Origin: Cytophagaceae bacterium
GTDB lineage: Bacteria > Bacteroidota > Bacteroidia > Cytophagales > Cytophagaceae
Direction: 5' to 3'
Length of the DNA stretch: 33,989 nucleotides
NCBI GenBank assembly: GCA_045805025.1
Contig: JBJMLY010000037.1
Span: 1-33,989 of the forward strand
Part shown: piece by piece, positions 26,355-33,989 of the stretch
How positions within the stretch are numbered: the stretch's first letter is position 1
Layout: every line of letters begins with the position of its first letter
Position numbers and translations under genes: made by a program
Notes under the pieces: generated by a model
The model's input: the letters and a program-made list of their open reading frames with translations, nothing else
Database searches by the model: none
What the model was told of the DNA's origin: nothing

Positions 26355-27068
26355 ATGAAAAAAATCATTTTATACCACTGCTATGTCTTTTTAATAATCC
26401 TGAGCTTCAGCGGCTGCAACAATTGCAGGCAAGGCTCGGGCAACATCACCACGATGAGTCGTCCGGTAAACAGCTTCAACTCTATAAAGATCGATGGCAG
26501 CTTCTTTGTAACACTGAGAAAGGACACTGTATCAAAAGTAGAAGTGATCACGGATGAAAATCTGCAGTCGGACGTGCTGACCTATGTATACGGTAATACG
26601 CTGACCGTGGAAACCAATTCAGAAAGGTGCATCCGTAAAGCCAGCATCATGCATATCACGATTTCCGCTCCATCTTTTAATAAAATTGAACTGAGAGGTT
26701 CGGGAAATATTACCGGCCTGGATACGATCCCCGGCGACTATCTTCAGGTCGTCAGCGAAGGGTCAGGCGATATAACTCTGACAGCCAAAGCGATTGATAT
26801 CAATGTCAGCATCCGGGGCTCGGGGCATACGGAGCTCTATGGAACGACAGCCAGTCTCTCGGAAAAGATAGATGGTTCCGGCTCTATACAGGCATTCGGA
26901 CTTAACGCCTCTACCGCCAATGCAAACATTACCGGATCAGGCCTTATTGAAACCCGTGTGAGCAGCACGCTGAATGCATCGGTAAACGGAAGCGGAAATA
27001 TTACCTATGCCGGTAATCCCACTGTGAGCAGCCATGTGAAGGGTTCAGGGAGTGTTACGCATCAGTAA
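26355..27068 (+). CDS. Head GIN domain (DUF2807-like) beta-helical protein, probable lipoprotein
   Basis: 237-aa ORF with a signal peptide ending ...LSFSGC. Eight GSG-x-[IVT] motifs are present; seven of them recur about every 20-22 residues from RGSGNI onward (RGSGNI, EGSGDI, RGSGHT, DGSGSI, TGSGLI, NGSGNI, KGSGSV). Confidence 0.8.
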   Translation: MKKIILYHCYVFLIILSFSGCNNCRQGSGNITTMSRPVNSFNSIKIDGSFFVTLRKDTVSKVEVITDENLQSDVLTYVYGNTLTVETNSERCIRKASIMHITISAPSFNKIELRGSGNITGLDTIPGDYLQVVSEGSGDITLTAKAIDINVSIRGSGHTELYGTTASLSEKIDGSGSIQAFGLNASTANANITGSGLIETRVSSTLNASVNGSGNITYAGNPTVSSHVKGSGSVTHQ

Positions 27069-27124
27069 TAATATTCCATACTGAATTTGTTTGTGATGAC
27101 ACAAACGGGTGAAGAGTATGTCAT

Positions 27125-27220
27125 TTCTATGTCAGCCTGAGCGTAGTCGAAAGCTCTTATCACTGAAAGCACAGGCTTCGTGTATCAGACAATGCTTCGA
27201 CTACGCTCAGCATGACAGAA
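27125..27220. repeat. REP-like long imperfect palindrome between convergent genes
   Basis: gtcagcctgagcgtagtcgaaagc (27131-27154) pairs with gcttcgactacgctcagcatgac (27194-27216). There is a 15-bp perfect core ctgagcgtagtcgaa / ttcgactacgctcag, flanking gtca/tgac pairs, and a partly self-paired loop of about 38 nt. Confidence 0.8.
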
Positions 27221-27225
27221 ACAAT

Positions 27226-30129
27226 TTACATGCTGGCATGGATCACATGTACCCAGCCCTTGTATTTATTTTCAGTCTGACTATCGCTGATCAGGTAGTA
27301 ATACATCCCGTCATGGACTTTGCTCAGATCCCAGTTGTTGGTATAGCCCTTCTCCAGGAATATTCGTTCGCCCCAGCGGTTGTAGACTTCCAGATCAAAG
27401 CGGTTGCCGATGTTGGTGATTTCAAACCCATCGTTGAAAGAATCGCCGTTCGGAGTGATCAGATTCGGAATGAAGAAATAATCGACATTCAGGTGAGAAG
27501 AAATAGTATCCAGGCATTGGTCGTCTTTCACAACCAGGTAAATGTCATAGCTGCCATGAGCGTGATGCCCTCCTCTTCCTTTGTAAGAAAAGTCAAGAGA
27601 GGCTATAGAGTCGTTTGAAAATGCCTGGGTTGTGTCCGCACTTCCGATCATCCAGTAATATTGTTTAGGAGAAGGACCTGCAGAGAAAGTGCTGGCTGTT
27701 CCGTCGAAATCGACATTTACGACATCGTCGAGTCCGACAATCGCTTCGTTAACTGCTTTTATTTTTGCATCTACGAGGGCACAAGGATCATAATTGACAT
27801 TGAAGGTGATCATAGCTGTATCCAGACAAAGTCCCTGGTTGGTGACCAGGTAAATGGTATAAGCACCCTGAGGGAGACTTCCTCCAGCTCCGTTATAAGC
27901 AAAGCTCAACGATGGAGTCGCTGTAGTGGCAAATGCCAGAGAGGTATCGGCGCTTCCATTGATCCAGTAGAATTTATGAGCTTCGGTGCCAATCGCATCA
28001 AAAATACTTGAGGTCCCCGAGAAGTTCAGTGTAATTGGCGAGAAGCCATCTACGGCAGTATCAGTCACAGCCGCAATGTTTGCCTGCAGGTTATAGGTAC
28101 AGACAGGATGCACCACTTTAAAGGTTCTTGTAGCCGTATCGAGACAAAGTCCCTCTCTGATGACCAGGTAAACAGTATAAGTCCCTTCCGGAAGATTTCC
28201 CCCTGCCCCCCCGAATGCGAAAGTGCGGGATGAAGTGGGAGAAGAGGAAAAGGCAGTACTCGTATCTGCGCTTCCCATCATCCAGTAATATTGATGCGGC
28301 TCAGTACCGGCAGCATCAAAAACACTGTTCGTTCCGTTGAAATTCACCGTGGTAGGATTGGTATCATCGACCGTCGTGTCTGCCACCGGATTAATAGCTG
28401 ACTGAATAGTATAAGTACAGTGAGGATGTACCACGTTAAATGTTCTTGTCGTGGTATCCAGACAAAGCCCTTGCCTGATCACCAGGTAAACAGTATAGGT
28501 ACCTTCCGGAAGATTTCCTCCAGCTCCGCCGAATGCGAAAGTGCGGGATGAAGTGGAAGAAGTAGAAAAAGCAGTATTCGTATCTGCACTACCGATCATC
28601 CAGTAATACTTATGAGGCTCGATACCCACAGCATCAAAAACGCTGTTCGTTCCGTCAAAATTAACAGTGGTAGGATTTGAATTGTCTACTGTAGTATCTG
28701 CCACAGGATTGATGCTGGCCTGAAGGTTATAGGTACAGGACGGAGGAGGCACGCAGCCGCTGATGGTTATTTGTTTGGTAGCGGTAAAGGTATGACCGCA
28801 GGTAGCATCGTTCACACTCATAGTAACTGTATACGAACCATTCGCCGCATATGTATGAGAGGGACTTGCCAGGCTGGAAGTCGGACTACCATCGCCGAAA
28901 TTCCAGACTATGCTGGCAGGATTAATGCTTACATTGCTGAGAAAATAATTCTTGAACTGATAAGAGAAGCTGGCATTACATGCAGTTGACGAAGCAGAAA
29001 TTACCGGCAGTTCGGGGCTGAGCCAGGCTACATTAATTAGCCCTCTGAAGGTGCTGCCTGAACCTATGGAAAGAGTGCTATAAGTAGCCGAAGCAGGCGT
29101 ATTAAGATTATTGATCACTCCTATAAAATTACCAGTAGAGGGAGAGCAATAAAGATTGCCGTCGGGCCCTAATTGCATGCTCCAGGAAGCGCTGCCAGAA
29201 ATTGTTCCTGAAGCCGCCGAATTTACATCAAACCATTGAACTATCGTTCCCTGCCCTGACGTATAAATTGTATTTCCATCGGGAGAAAATTCGAGACCAA
29301 CGCCATGAACCCCGGTATTTGCCGATTTAATTTGTGAGCCTATCGTTCCGGTTGTTCTGTCAAAATTATAGATAACGAGATTTGTGCCGCCCGCCCATGC
29401 AATTTTATTCTGACAAGGGCTCAATTTAAGATATGACTGGTTGTTACTTACATTATAGCTGGAAGGAGTTTTTACCTGATCGGCTAGTGCTGTTACACCC
29501 GATGCAGTTACACTCCAAACTTTAAATGTATTACTTCCCTGAGCGTGACTGATGATCCAGTAATTTCCTTTCCCGTCGTTTCCCGCAGTAATCGATTCAT
29601 CCACCTGAGCTGACGCAATAAGCAAGGTTGGTCCGCTCAAATAAACAGCCTGTCCGGATCCATTCTTTTTGAATTTATAGTAATTGATTCCATTCCCACC
29701 ACACAACCCTCCGGTAATATCATTACCTACAAAAAGATAATATACGCTATCAGGATTGGCAGGGTCAGGAATTGCAGTGCCCCCACCCGTTGAAGATCCT
29801 CCACAAGTAACGTCGGTGATCATATTTCTTACCGTGGCGTTGGCGACATTCCTGGCTTCCATCGTATTGCTGTAAATGGCCATATTACCCGCCCGGTCGC
29901 TGACCGCTGTGGATGCTTCGACGAATTCAGATCCTGGATTAGAAGCGGCTCCTGTTGCAGTGGGCACTGTTGATGTAGGAAAATTTCCTGTTGGAAAATT
30001 CACCCCCCCGCCAGCGCCAAAGCGCCATTGAGGAGAAAGCGTATAAGGTGATACCACCTGTGCAAACAAACTCCCGTTCACGAAAAGAAAAAACAGAAAG
30101 AGAGAGACGGATTTCAGTAAAATCTTCAT
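27226..30129 (-). CDS. T9SS type-B (gliding-motility-associated) C-terminal-domain secreted protein with beta-propeller-like N-domain, PKD domain and four tandem repeats
   Basis: Likely start is MKILLKSVSLFLFFLFVNGSLFAQ (ATG at 30129); the track ORF extends to 30204. The N-terminal ~400 aa carry SPDGNTIY / GPDGNLY motifs. A PKD motif is present (WNFGDGSPTSS...HTYAANGSYTVTMSV). Four 102-106-aa repeats follow. The C-terminal 83 aa (IPNLITPNGDSFNDGFEI...LEVYNRWGERIF...YYYLI) match the type-B T9SS sorting domain. Confidence 0.85.
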   Translation of the reverse strand: MKILLKSVSLFLFFLFVNGSLFAQVVSPYTLSPQWRFGAGGGVNFPTGNFPTSTVPTATGAASNPGSEFVEASTAVSDRAGNMAIYSNTMEARNVANATVRNMITDVTCGGSSTGGGTAIPDPANPDSVYYLFVGNDITGGLCGGNGINYYKFKKNGSGQAVYLSGPTLLIASAQVDESITAGNDGKGNYWIISHAQGSNTFKVWSVTASGVTALADQVKTPSSYNVSNNQSYLKLSPCQNKIAWAGGTNLVIYNFDRTTGTIGSQIKSANTGVHGVGLEFSPDGNTIYTSGQGTIVQWFDVNSAASGTISGSASWSMQLGPDGNLYCSPSTGNFIGVINNLNTPASATYSTLSIGSGSTFRGLINVAWLSPELPVISASSTACNASFSYQFKNYFLSNVSINPASIVWNFGDGSPTSSLASPSHTYAANGSYTVTMSVNDATCGHTFTATKQITISGCVPPPSCTYNLQASINPVADTTVDNSNPTTVNFDGTNSVFDAVGIEPHKYYWMIGSADTNTAFSTSSTSSRTFAFGGAGGNLPEGTYTVYLVIRQGLCLDTTTRTFNVVHPHCTYTIQSAINPVADTTVDDTNPTTVNFNGTNSVFDAAGTEPHQYYWMMGSADTSTAFSSSPTSSRTFAFGGAGGNLPEGTYTVYLVIREGLCLDTATRTFKVVHPVCTYNLQANIAAVTDTAVDGFSPITLNFSGTSSIFDAIGTEAHKFYWINGSADTSLAFATTATPSLSFAYNGAGGSLPQGAYTIYLVTNQGLCLDTAMITFNVNYDPCALVDAKIKAVNEAIVGLDDVVNVDFDGTASTFSAGPSPKQYYWMIGSADTTQAFSNDSIASLDFSYKGRGGHHAHGSYDIYLVVKDDQCLDTISSHLNVDYFFIPNLITPNGDSFNDGFEITNIGNRFDLEVYNRWGERIFLEKGYTNNWDLSKVHDGMYYYLISDSQTENKYKGWVHVIHASM
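27478..28737 (-). repeat. Four tandem intragenic repeats (318, 318, 318 and 306 nt) in the T9SS protein gene
   Basis: Repeat boundaries are set by the leading Cys codons at 28737, 28419, 28101 and 27783. Units 1 and 2 are identical at about 88 of 106 residues by eye. All units share YYW-x-x-GSADT, a G-rich loop, Y-x-[IV]-YLV and CLDT. Confidence 0.9.
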
Positions 30130-30513
30130 TGCAGAGTTTTTTGTTTTTATGATTTTATAATTGACTTTTTTGATATAATTATTGTAGTTTTCTACGATAA
30201 CCATAAATATGACTTACATTATTAATATTAAATATATGAAATGTTAATATTCAACTGGATTTATAGGGAAATTTAAGGAGTATTTCGGTCAACTTGCGAT
30301 GTAAATTTCAGGCAAAATAAGAACTTTAAAAACAAGCAATATCGTGAAGCCAGGAGTAAGAAACTTCCCGTCAATCCAAATGAAAAGAAATTTTAAGGTA
30401 TCGGGAAGACTATTAAAAAAAAATCAAGAGTATATAAAACATATGCTTGCCCCAAGCCTCTGAATTTGTATATCGGAGTAAAATCTTCTACATTCATAGA
30501 CTAAGAAACTCAG

Positions 30514-31485
30514 GTGTTCAGAACAGAAATTTCCATTAATCCCTCTCCCTTCAGGATTGATCACAGATCGAAATTTTTTACGATCGGATCCTGCTTTTCC
30601 GATGTCATGGGTGAAAAGCTTCTGGAAAATAAATTCAGAACATTGGTCAATCCATTCGGGACTGTATTCAACCCTCATTCCATCTTCAGCCTCCTGAATG
30701 CCAGCCTGGGTAAGGATAATCCTTTTGAAGATGATTCTGTCGAATCGAATGGTATCTGGTACAACTACCACTTCCATTCGGAAGTTTCGGCCCTAAGCCG
30801 GAAAGAATTAAACGATACGATCCATAAAAAATTAACGTTTGCTTCAGATTTCCTGAAGCAAACGAAAGTTCTGACGATCACCTTCGGTACTGCTTTTGTC
30901 TATAAGCTTCAGTCAAATCAGCATCTGGTCTGCAATTGTCATAAGCAGCCTTCTGCCCTTTTCAGCCGGGAACTATTGAGTGCTGAACAAATCAGCAACG
31001 CCTTTCATGCTTTTTATGAAAAACTTATCCGCTTTAATCCGGACCTGAAAATTATTCTGACCGTTAGCCCGGTCAGGCATATTAAAGATACCATCCCCCT
31101 GAACAGCCTGAGCAAATCTATTCTGCGACTGGCCTGTCATGAAATTTCTGATAAGCATGAAGACATCTCCTACTTCCCCGCTTATGAGATCATGATGGAC
31201 GATCTGCGCGATTACCGGTTTTATAAAAAGGATATGATCCATCCTTCGGAAGTTGCCGAAGAATACATCTGGGATAAATTCTGCGACACATACATCGAAC
31301 CTTCCTCCCTTGATTTCATGAAAGAATGGGCCGGGATCCGGAAAGCACTGGATCATAAAGCATTTCATCCGGAGTCTGCCAGCCATCAGGCCTTCATCCG
31401 GGAAACAATACGCAAAATCAAAAGTTTATCCTCACAGGCAGACCTCAGTGCTGAATTGTCCCAATTGGAAAATCAGCTGAAATAA
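30514..31485 (+). CDS. GSCFA-domain protein
   Basis: 323-aa ORF. The GTG start is the only start after an in-frame TAA. The N-terminal [10 protein letters not shown] matches the eponymous GSCF(A) motif, and SPVRH is also present. Confidence 0.85.
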   Translation: MFRTEISINPSPFRIDHRSKFFTIGSCFSDVMGEKLLENKFRTLVNPFGTVFNPHSIFSLLNASLGKDNPFEDDSVESNGIWYNYHFHSEVSALSRKELNDTIHKKLTFASDFLKQTKVLTITFGTAFVYKLQSNQHLVCNCHKQPSALFSRELLSAEQISNAFHAFYEKLIRFNPDLKIILTVSPVRHIKDTIPLNSLSKSILRLACHEISDKHEDISYFPAYEIMMDDLRDYRFYKKDMIHPSEVAEEYIWDKFCDTYIEPSSLDFMKEWAGIRKALDHKAFHPESASHQAFIRETIRKIKSLSSQADLSAELSQLENQLK

Positions 31486-31507
31486 CACACTGCCCGAACA
31501 CACGATC

Positions 31508-33556
31508 ATGACGCATTTGACAAACCAACATAACTCAAATTCAAAACCCAATAGTCTTCTTCACGAGACCAGTCCCTATTTGCTGCAGCACGCTTACAAT
31601 CCGGTGGAATGGTATCCCTGGGGGAAAGAGGCGTTGGACAAAGCGAAAAAGGAAGACAAGCCTATTATTGTCAGCATCGGATATTCGGCTTGCCACTGGT
31701 GCCATGTGATGGAACGTGAATGTTTTGAAAATGAAGACGTGGCCAGCCTGATGAACCAACATTTCATCAACATCAAGGTCGACCGTGAGGAACGTCCCGA
31801 TGTCGATCAGATCTACATGGAAGCTTTGCAGTCCATGAGCCTGGGAGGAGGATGGCCATTGAATGTATTCCTGACTCCTGATGCAAAACCTTTTTATGGA
31901 GGCACCTATTTCCCTGCCCCGCATTGGATGAATTTACTGGAGCAGATTCACCAGGCATTCGGAAGCCACCGTGCCGACCTGGAACATTCGGCGGAGGAAT
32001 TCACCAAATCGCTGAATCATAGCGACAGTCATAAATATGGCCTCAGCAGCAAAACCGTAACCTTCAGTAAAGAAGAGCTTGATCCTATCTTTCAGAAGCT
32101 GGAAGCGAAGTTCGACAAAAAAGCCGGAGGCCCGAACAAAGCGCCCAAGTTCCCTATGCCTTCCACGTACCTGTTCCTGCTCCGGTATTACCAGATTACA
32201 AAAAACGAAGCTGCGCTGAGGCATATTAAACTGACCCTTGACCGCATGGCGCACGGAGGTATCTATGACCAGATCGGCGGAGGCTTTGCCCGCTACTCGA
32301 CCGATGCCGAATGGTTCGCGCCCCATTTTGAAAAAATGCTCTACGACAACGGACAGCTATTGAGTCTTTATTCAGAAGCTTATACCCTGACGAAAAATCC
32401 ATTGTACAAAGAGGTCGTTTATGAAACCATTGCCTGGCTGAAGAATGAGATGGTAAATCCGGAAGGCGGATTTTATTCGGCACAGGATGCTGACAGCGAA
32501 GGCGTGGAAGGAAAATTTTACGTCTGGACGGCTGAAGAAACAGGAGAAATTTTAAAAGAAGACGCTTCTTTGTTCAACGAATATTACAATATCGTGCCGG
32601 CTGGTAACTGGGAGCATGGCGTAAACATCCTGTTCAGAAATTTATCCAATGAAGCATTCGCCAATAAGCATAAGATCAGCCTGGGGGCATTGGAAAATAA
32701 AGTCAGAAGCTGGAAAAAAATCATCCTTGAAAAAAGAAATAAAAGAATCAGACCCGGACTTGACGATAAAATCCTTGCCTCCTGGAACGGCCTGATGCTG
32801 AAAGGACTTGTAGACGCCTACAGGGCCTTCGATGAGGAAGAGTTTCTAAAGCTGGCGGAAGCGAATGCCCTTTTCCTGAAAGAAAAAATGAGAGCCGGAG
32901 ATAGACTTTTCCACAGCTATAAAAATGGCAAAGCGACGATCGATGGATACCTGGAAGATTACACCTTCGTAATGGAAGGCTATATCGCCCTTTATGAAGC
33001 AGGCTTTTATGAACAGTGGCTGCGTGAAGCAGAAAAGCTTTGCACCTATACCCTTGAAAATTTTTATGATGCTGAAGAAGAGCTGTTCTTCTTCACCGAC
33101 AATAATTCCGAGAAGCTGATCGCGAGAAAGAAAGAACTGTTCGACAATGTGATACCGGCATCCAACTCGGCCATGGCTGCTAACCTTTTCAGACTCGGGA
33201 TCCTGCTCGATAAAAAGGAATATTCGGAAATCTCTCAGAAGATGCTTTCCAGGGTTAAACACCTGGTCAAAGAAGAACCTGGATTTCTTTCCAACTGGGC
33301 CAGTCTGTTTGCCAGTCAGGTCTCTCCTACTGCCGAAGTCGTTATCTCAGGAAAAGAGTATCTGAAATTCAGAAAAGATATAGACAAAGTTTATCATCCC
33401 AATAAAGTTATGGCAGGAACAGAAACGTCAAGCGACCTACCTTTACTTCAGGACCGAAATGCTGTAGATGGCAAAACCATGGTGTATGTGTGTTATAACA
33501 GAGCCTGTAAGCTACCGGTGGACCGGGTAGATAAGGCTTTGGAACTGCTTCAATAG
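31508..33556 (+). CDS. Thioredoxin-domain protein (YyaL/DUF255 family, N-terminal thioredoxin fold plus (alpha/alpha)6 barrel)
   Basis: 682-aa ORF with [52 protein letters not shown] and EGKFYVWT. Confidence 0.9.
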   Translation: MTHLTNQHNSNSKPNSLLHETSPYLLQHAYNPVEWYPWGKEALDKAKKEDKPIIVSIGYSACHWCHVMERECFENEDVASLMNQHFINIKVDREERPDVDQIYMEALQSMSLGGGWPLNVFLTPDAKPFYGGTYFPAPHWMNLLEQIHQAFGSHRADLEHSAEEFTKSLNHSDSHKYGLSSKTVTFSKEELDPIFQKLEAKFDKKAGGPNKAPKFPMPSTYLFLLRYYQITKNEAALRHIKLTLDRMAHGGIYDQIGGGFARYSTDAEWFAPHFEKMLYDNGQLLSLYSEAYTLTKNPLYKEVVYETIAWLKNEMVNPEGGFYSAQDADSEGVEGKFYVWTAEETGEILKEDASLFNEYYNIVPAGNWEHGVNILFRNLSNEAFANKHKISLGALENKVRSWKKIILEKRNKRIRPGLDDKILASWNGLMLKGLVDAYRAFDEEEFLKLAEANALFLKEKMRAGDRLFHSYKNGKATIDGYLEDYTFVMEGYIALYEAGFYEQWLREAEKLCTYTLENFYDAEEELFFFTDNNSEKLIARKKELFDNVIPASNSAMAANLFRLGILLDKKEYSEISQKMLSRVKHLVKEEPGFLSNWASLFASQVSPTAEVVISGKEYLKFRKDIDKVYHPNKVMAGTETSSDLPLLQDRNAVDGKTMVYVCYNRACKLPVDRVDKALELLQ

Positions 33557-33625
33557 AGCCTTGGAGTGATTTGAACCGTTCAACAAGCTCAAAGACCAGG
33601 AAGTGGGAAGGAGATTAGAAATTTA

Positions 33626-33989
33626 CTATTCGGAAGTAATTTTCAGAATGGTTGAAAAACCTTTTTTAACTTTGTACTCTTCCCCGAAGGTCTTACCCGC
33701 TGTAAAGCTTTTCTGAAATAAAACGTTGCCTGCTTCATCGTATACCGATAAGAGCAGGGATTGATTTCGGTGCAGCCAGAAATAAGGAACCCCTTTATTT
33801 TCCCAGATTACTTTTCCTTTCACCGACATATGAGGAGCCGACTGATATAAAACCATCGGCTTTCCTGATTCGACACTTATAGAATAATAAAAAAGAGCAT
33901 TTTCACTGTTACTGAATTTTCTTGACTTAAAAGATATAAAATTCAGTTTCTTTCTTAAGTAATCAGGAGAATTAAAAAGAAACGTCGTA
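33626..33989 (-). CDS. Hypothetical protein, probably 5'-truncated by the window edge
   Basis: The track lists 33626..33856 from the first ATG. Hand translation shows the same minus-strand frame stays open to the window end (…TTFLFNSPDYLRKKLNFISFKSRKFSNSENALFYYSISVESGKP-MVLYQ…). I recognised no family. Confidence 0.45.
   Translation of the reverse strand, partial: TTFLFNSPDYLRKKLNFISFKSRKFSNSENALFYYSISVESGKPMVLYQSAPHMSVKGKVIWENKGVPYFWLHRNQSLLLSVYDEAGNVLFQKSFTAGKTFGEEYKVKKGFSTILKITSE

Noticed and set aside
27109-27618. 169-aa plus-strand ORF
   Set aside because: It starts in the intergenic gap, runs through the REP-like palindrome, and then runs antisense through the well-supported T9SS C-terminal sorting domain. 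It has no motifs.
30130-30204. 25-codon N-terminal extension of the T9SS protein ORF
   Set aside because: The internal Met at 30129 is followed directly by a canonical signal peptide (MKILLKSVSLFLFFLFVNGSLFAQ). The extension is AT-rich, Asn/Lys/Ile-rich and unlike a secreted-protein N-terminus.
30424-30777. 117-aa minus-strand ORF overlapping the GSCFA gene start
   Set aside because: It overlaps the conserved N-terminal GSCF motif region of the plus-strand gene and has no recognisable features.
1-33989. Scan for tRNA/rRNA genes, CRISPR arrays, IS elements or transposases, integrases, prophage genes or classical defence genes
   Set aside because: I saw no T-loop-like GGTTCGAATCC-type motifs in tRNA context and no regularly spaced direct repeats outside coding repeats. 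No ORF has transposase, integrase, restriction or phage motifs. This was a by-eye scan only, so small RNAs could have been missed.

Overview
This is a chromosomal segment from a Bacteroidota genome. The evidence for that phylum is a T9SS type-B C-terminal sorting domain, an ECF sigma/FecR/STN module, the conserved parA-parB-DUF5683-dapB-lepB order, TAnnTTTG-type promoter boxes and almost no Shine-Dalgarno sequences. About two thirds of the window is ordinary housekeeping: ftsE-like ATPase, GT2 glycosyltransferase, CCA-adding enzyme, tsaC, pyrG, yidC, parAB, dapB, lepB, ung, apaG, kdsA, rpsF-rpsR-rplI, two methyltransferases, a GSCFA protein and a YyaL-type thioredoxin-domain protein. I found no tRNA, rRNA, CRISPR array, transposase or integrase. 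The accessory block lies at about 22.8-30.2 kb. It starts with a four-gene co-directional cluster: ECF sigma, FecR anti-sigma, an STN-domain outer-membrane protein, and a GIN-domain lipoprotein. The STN protein is too short to be a TonB-dependent transducer and instead carries about ten 14-16-residue G-x-Q-x-x-G-L-x-N repeats plus a small putative beta-barrel. This looks like a non-canonical, probably TonB-independent, cell-surface signalling module and is my best candidate for an undescribed system. It converges on a gene of about 970 aa for a T9SS-secreted protein with four tandem 102-106-aa Cys-containing repeats, and a long REP-like palindrome separates the two. Other notable items are listed here. 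A GxxExxY (PD-(D/E)XK-like) gene is bracketed exactly by 17-bp perfect inverted repeats between lepB and ung. An AT-rich stretch after yidC holds a small membrane ORF followed by a start-less open frame that ends in an ATGA overlap with the next gene, which may be a frameshift. A 430-bp gene-free region lies upstream of pyrG. A strongly C-rich, G-poor spacer lies downstream of the hydrolase gene. All product calls come from reading motifs in the supplied translations; no database search was run.
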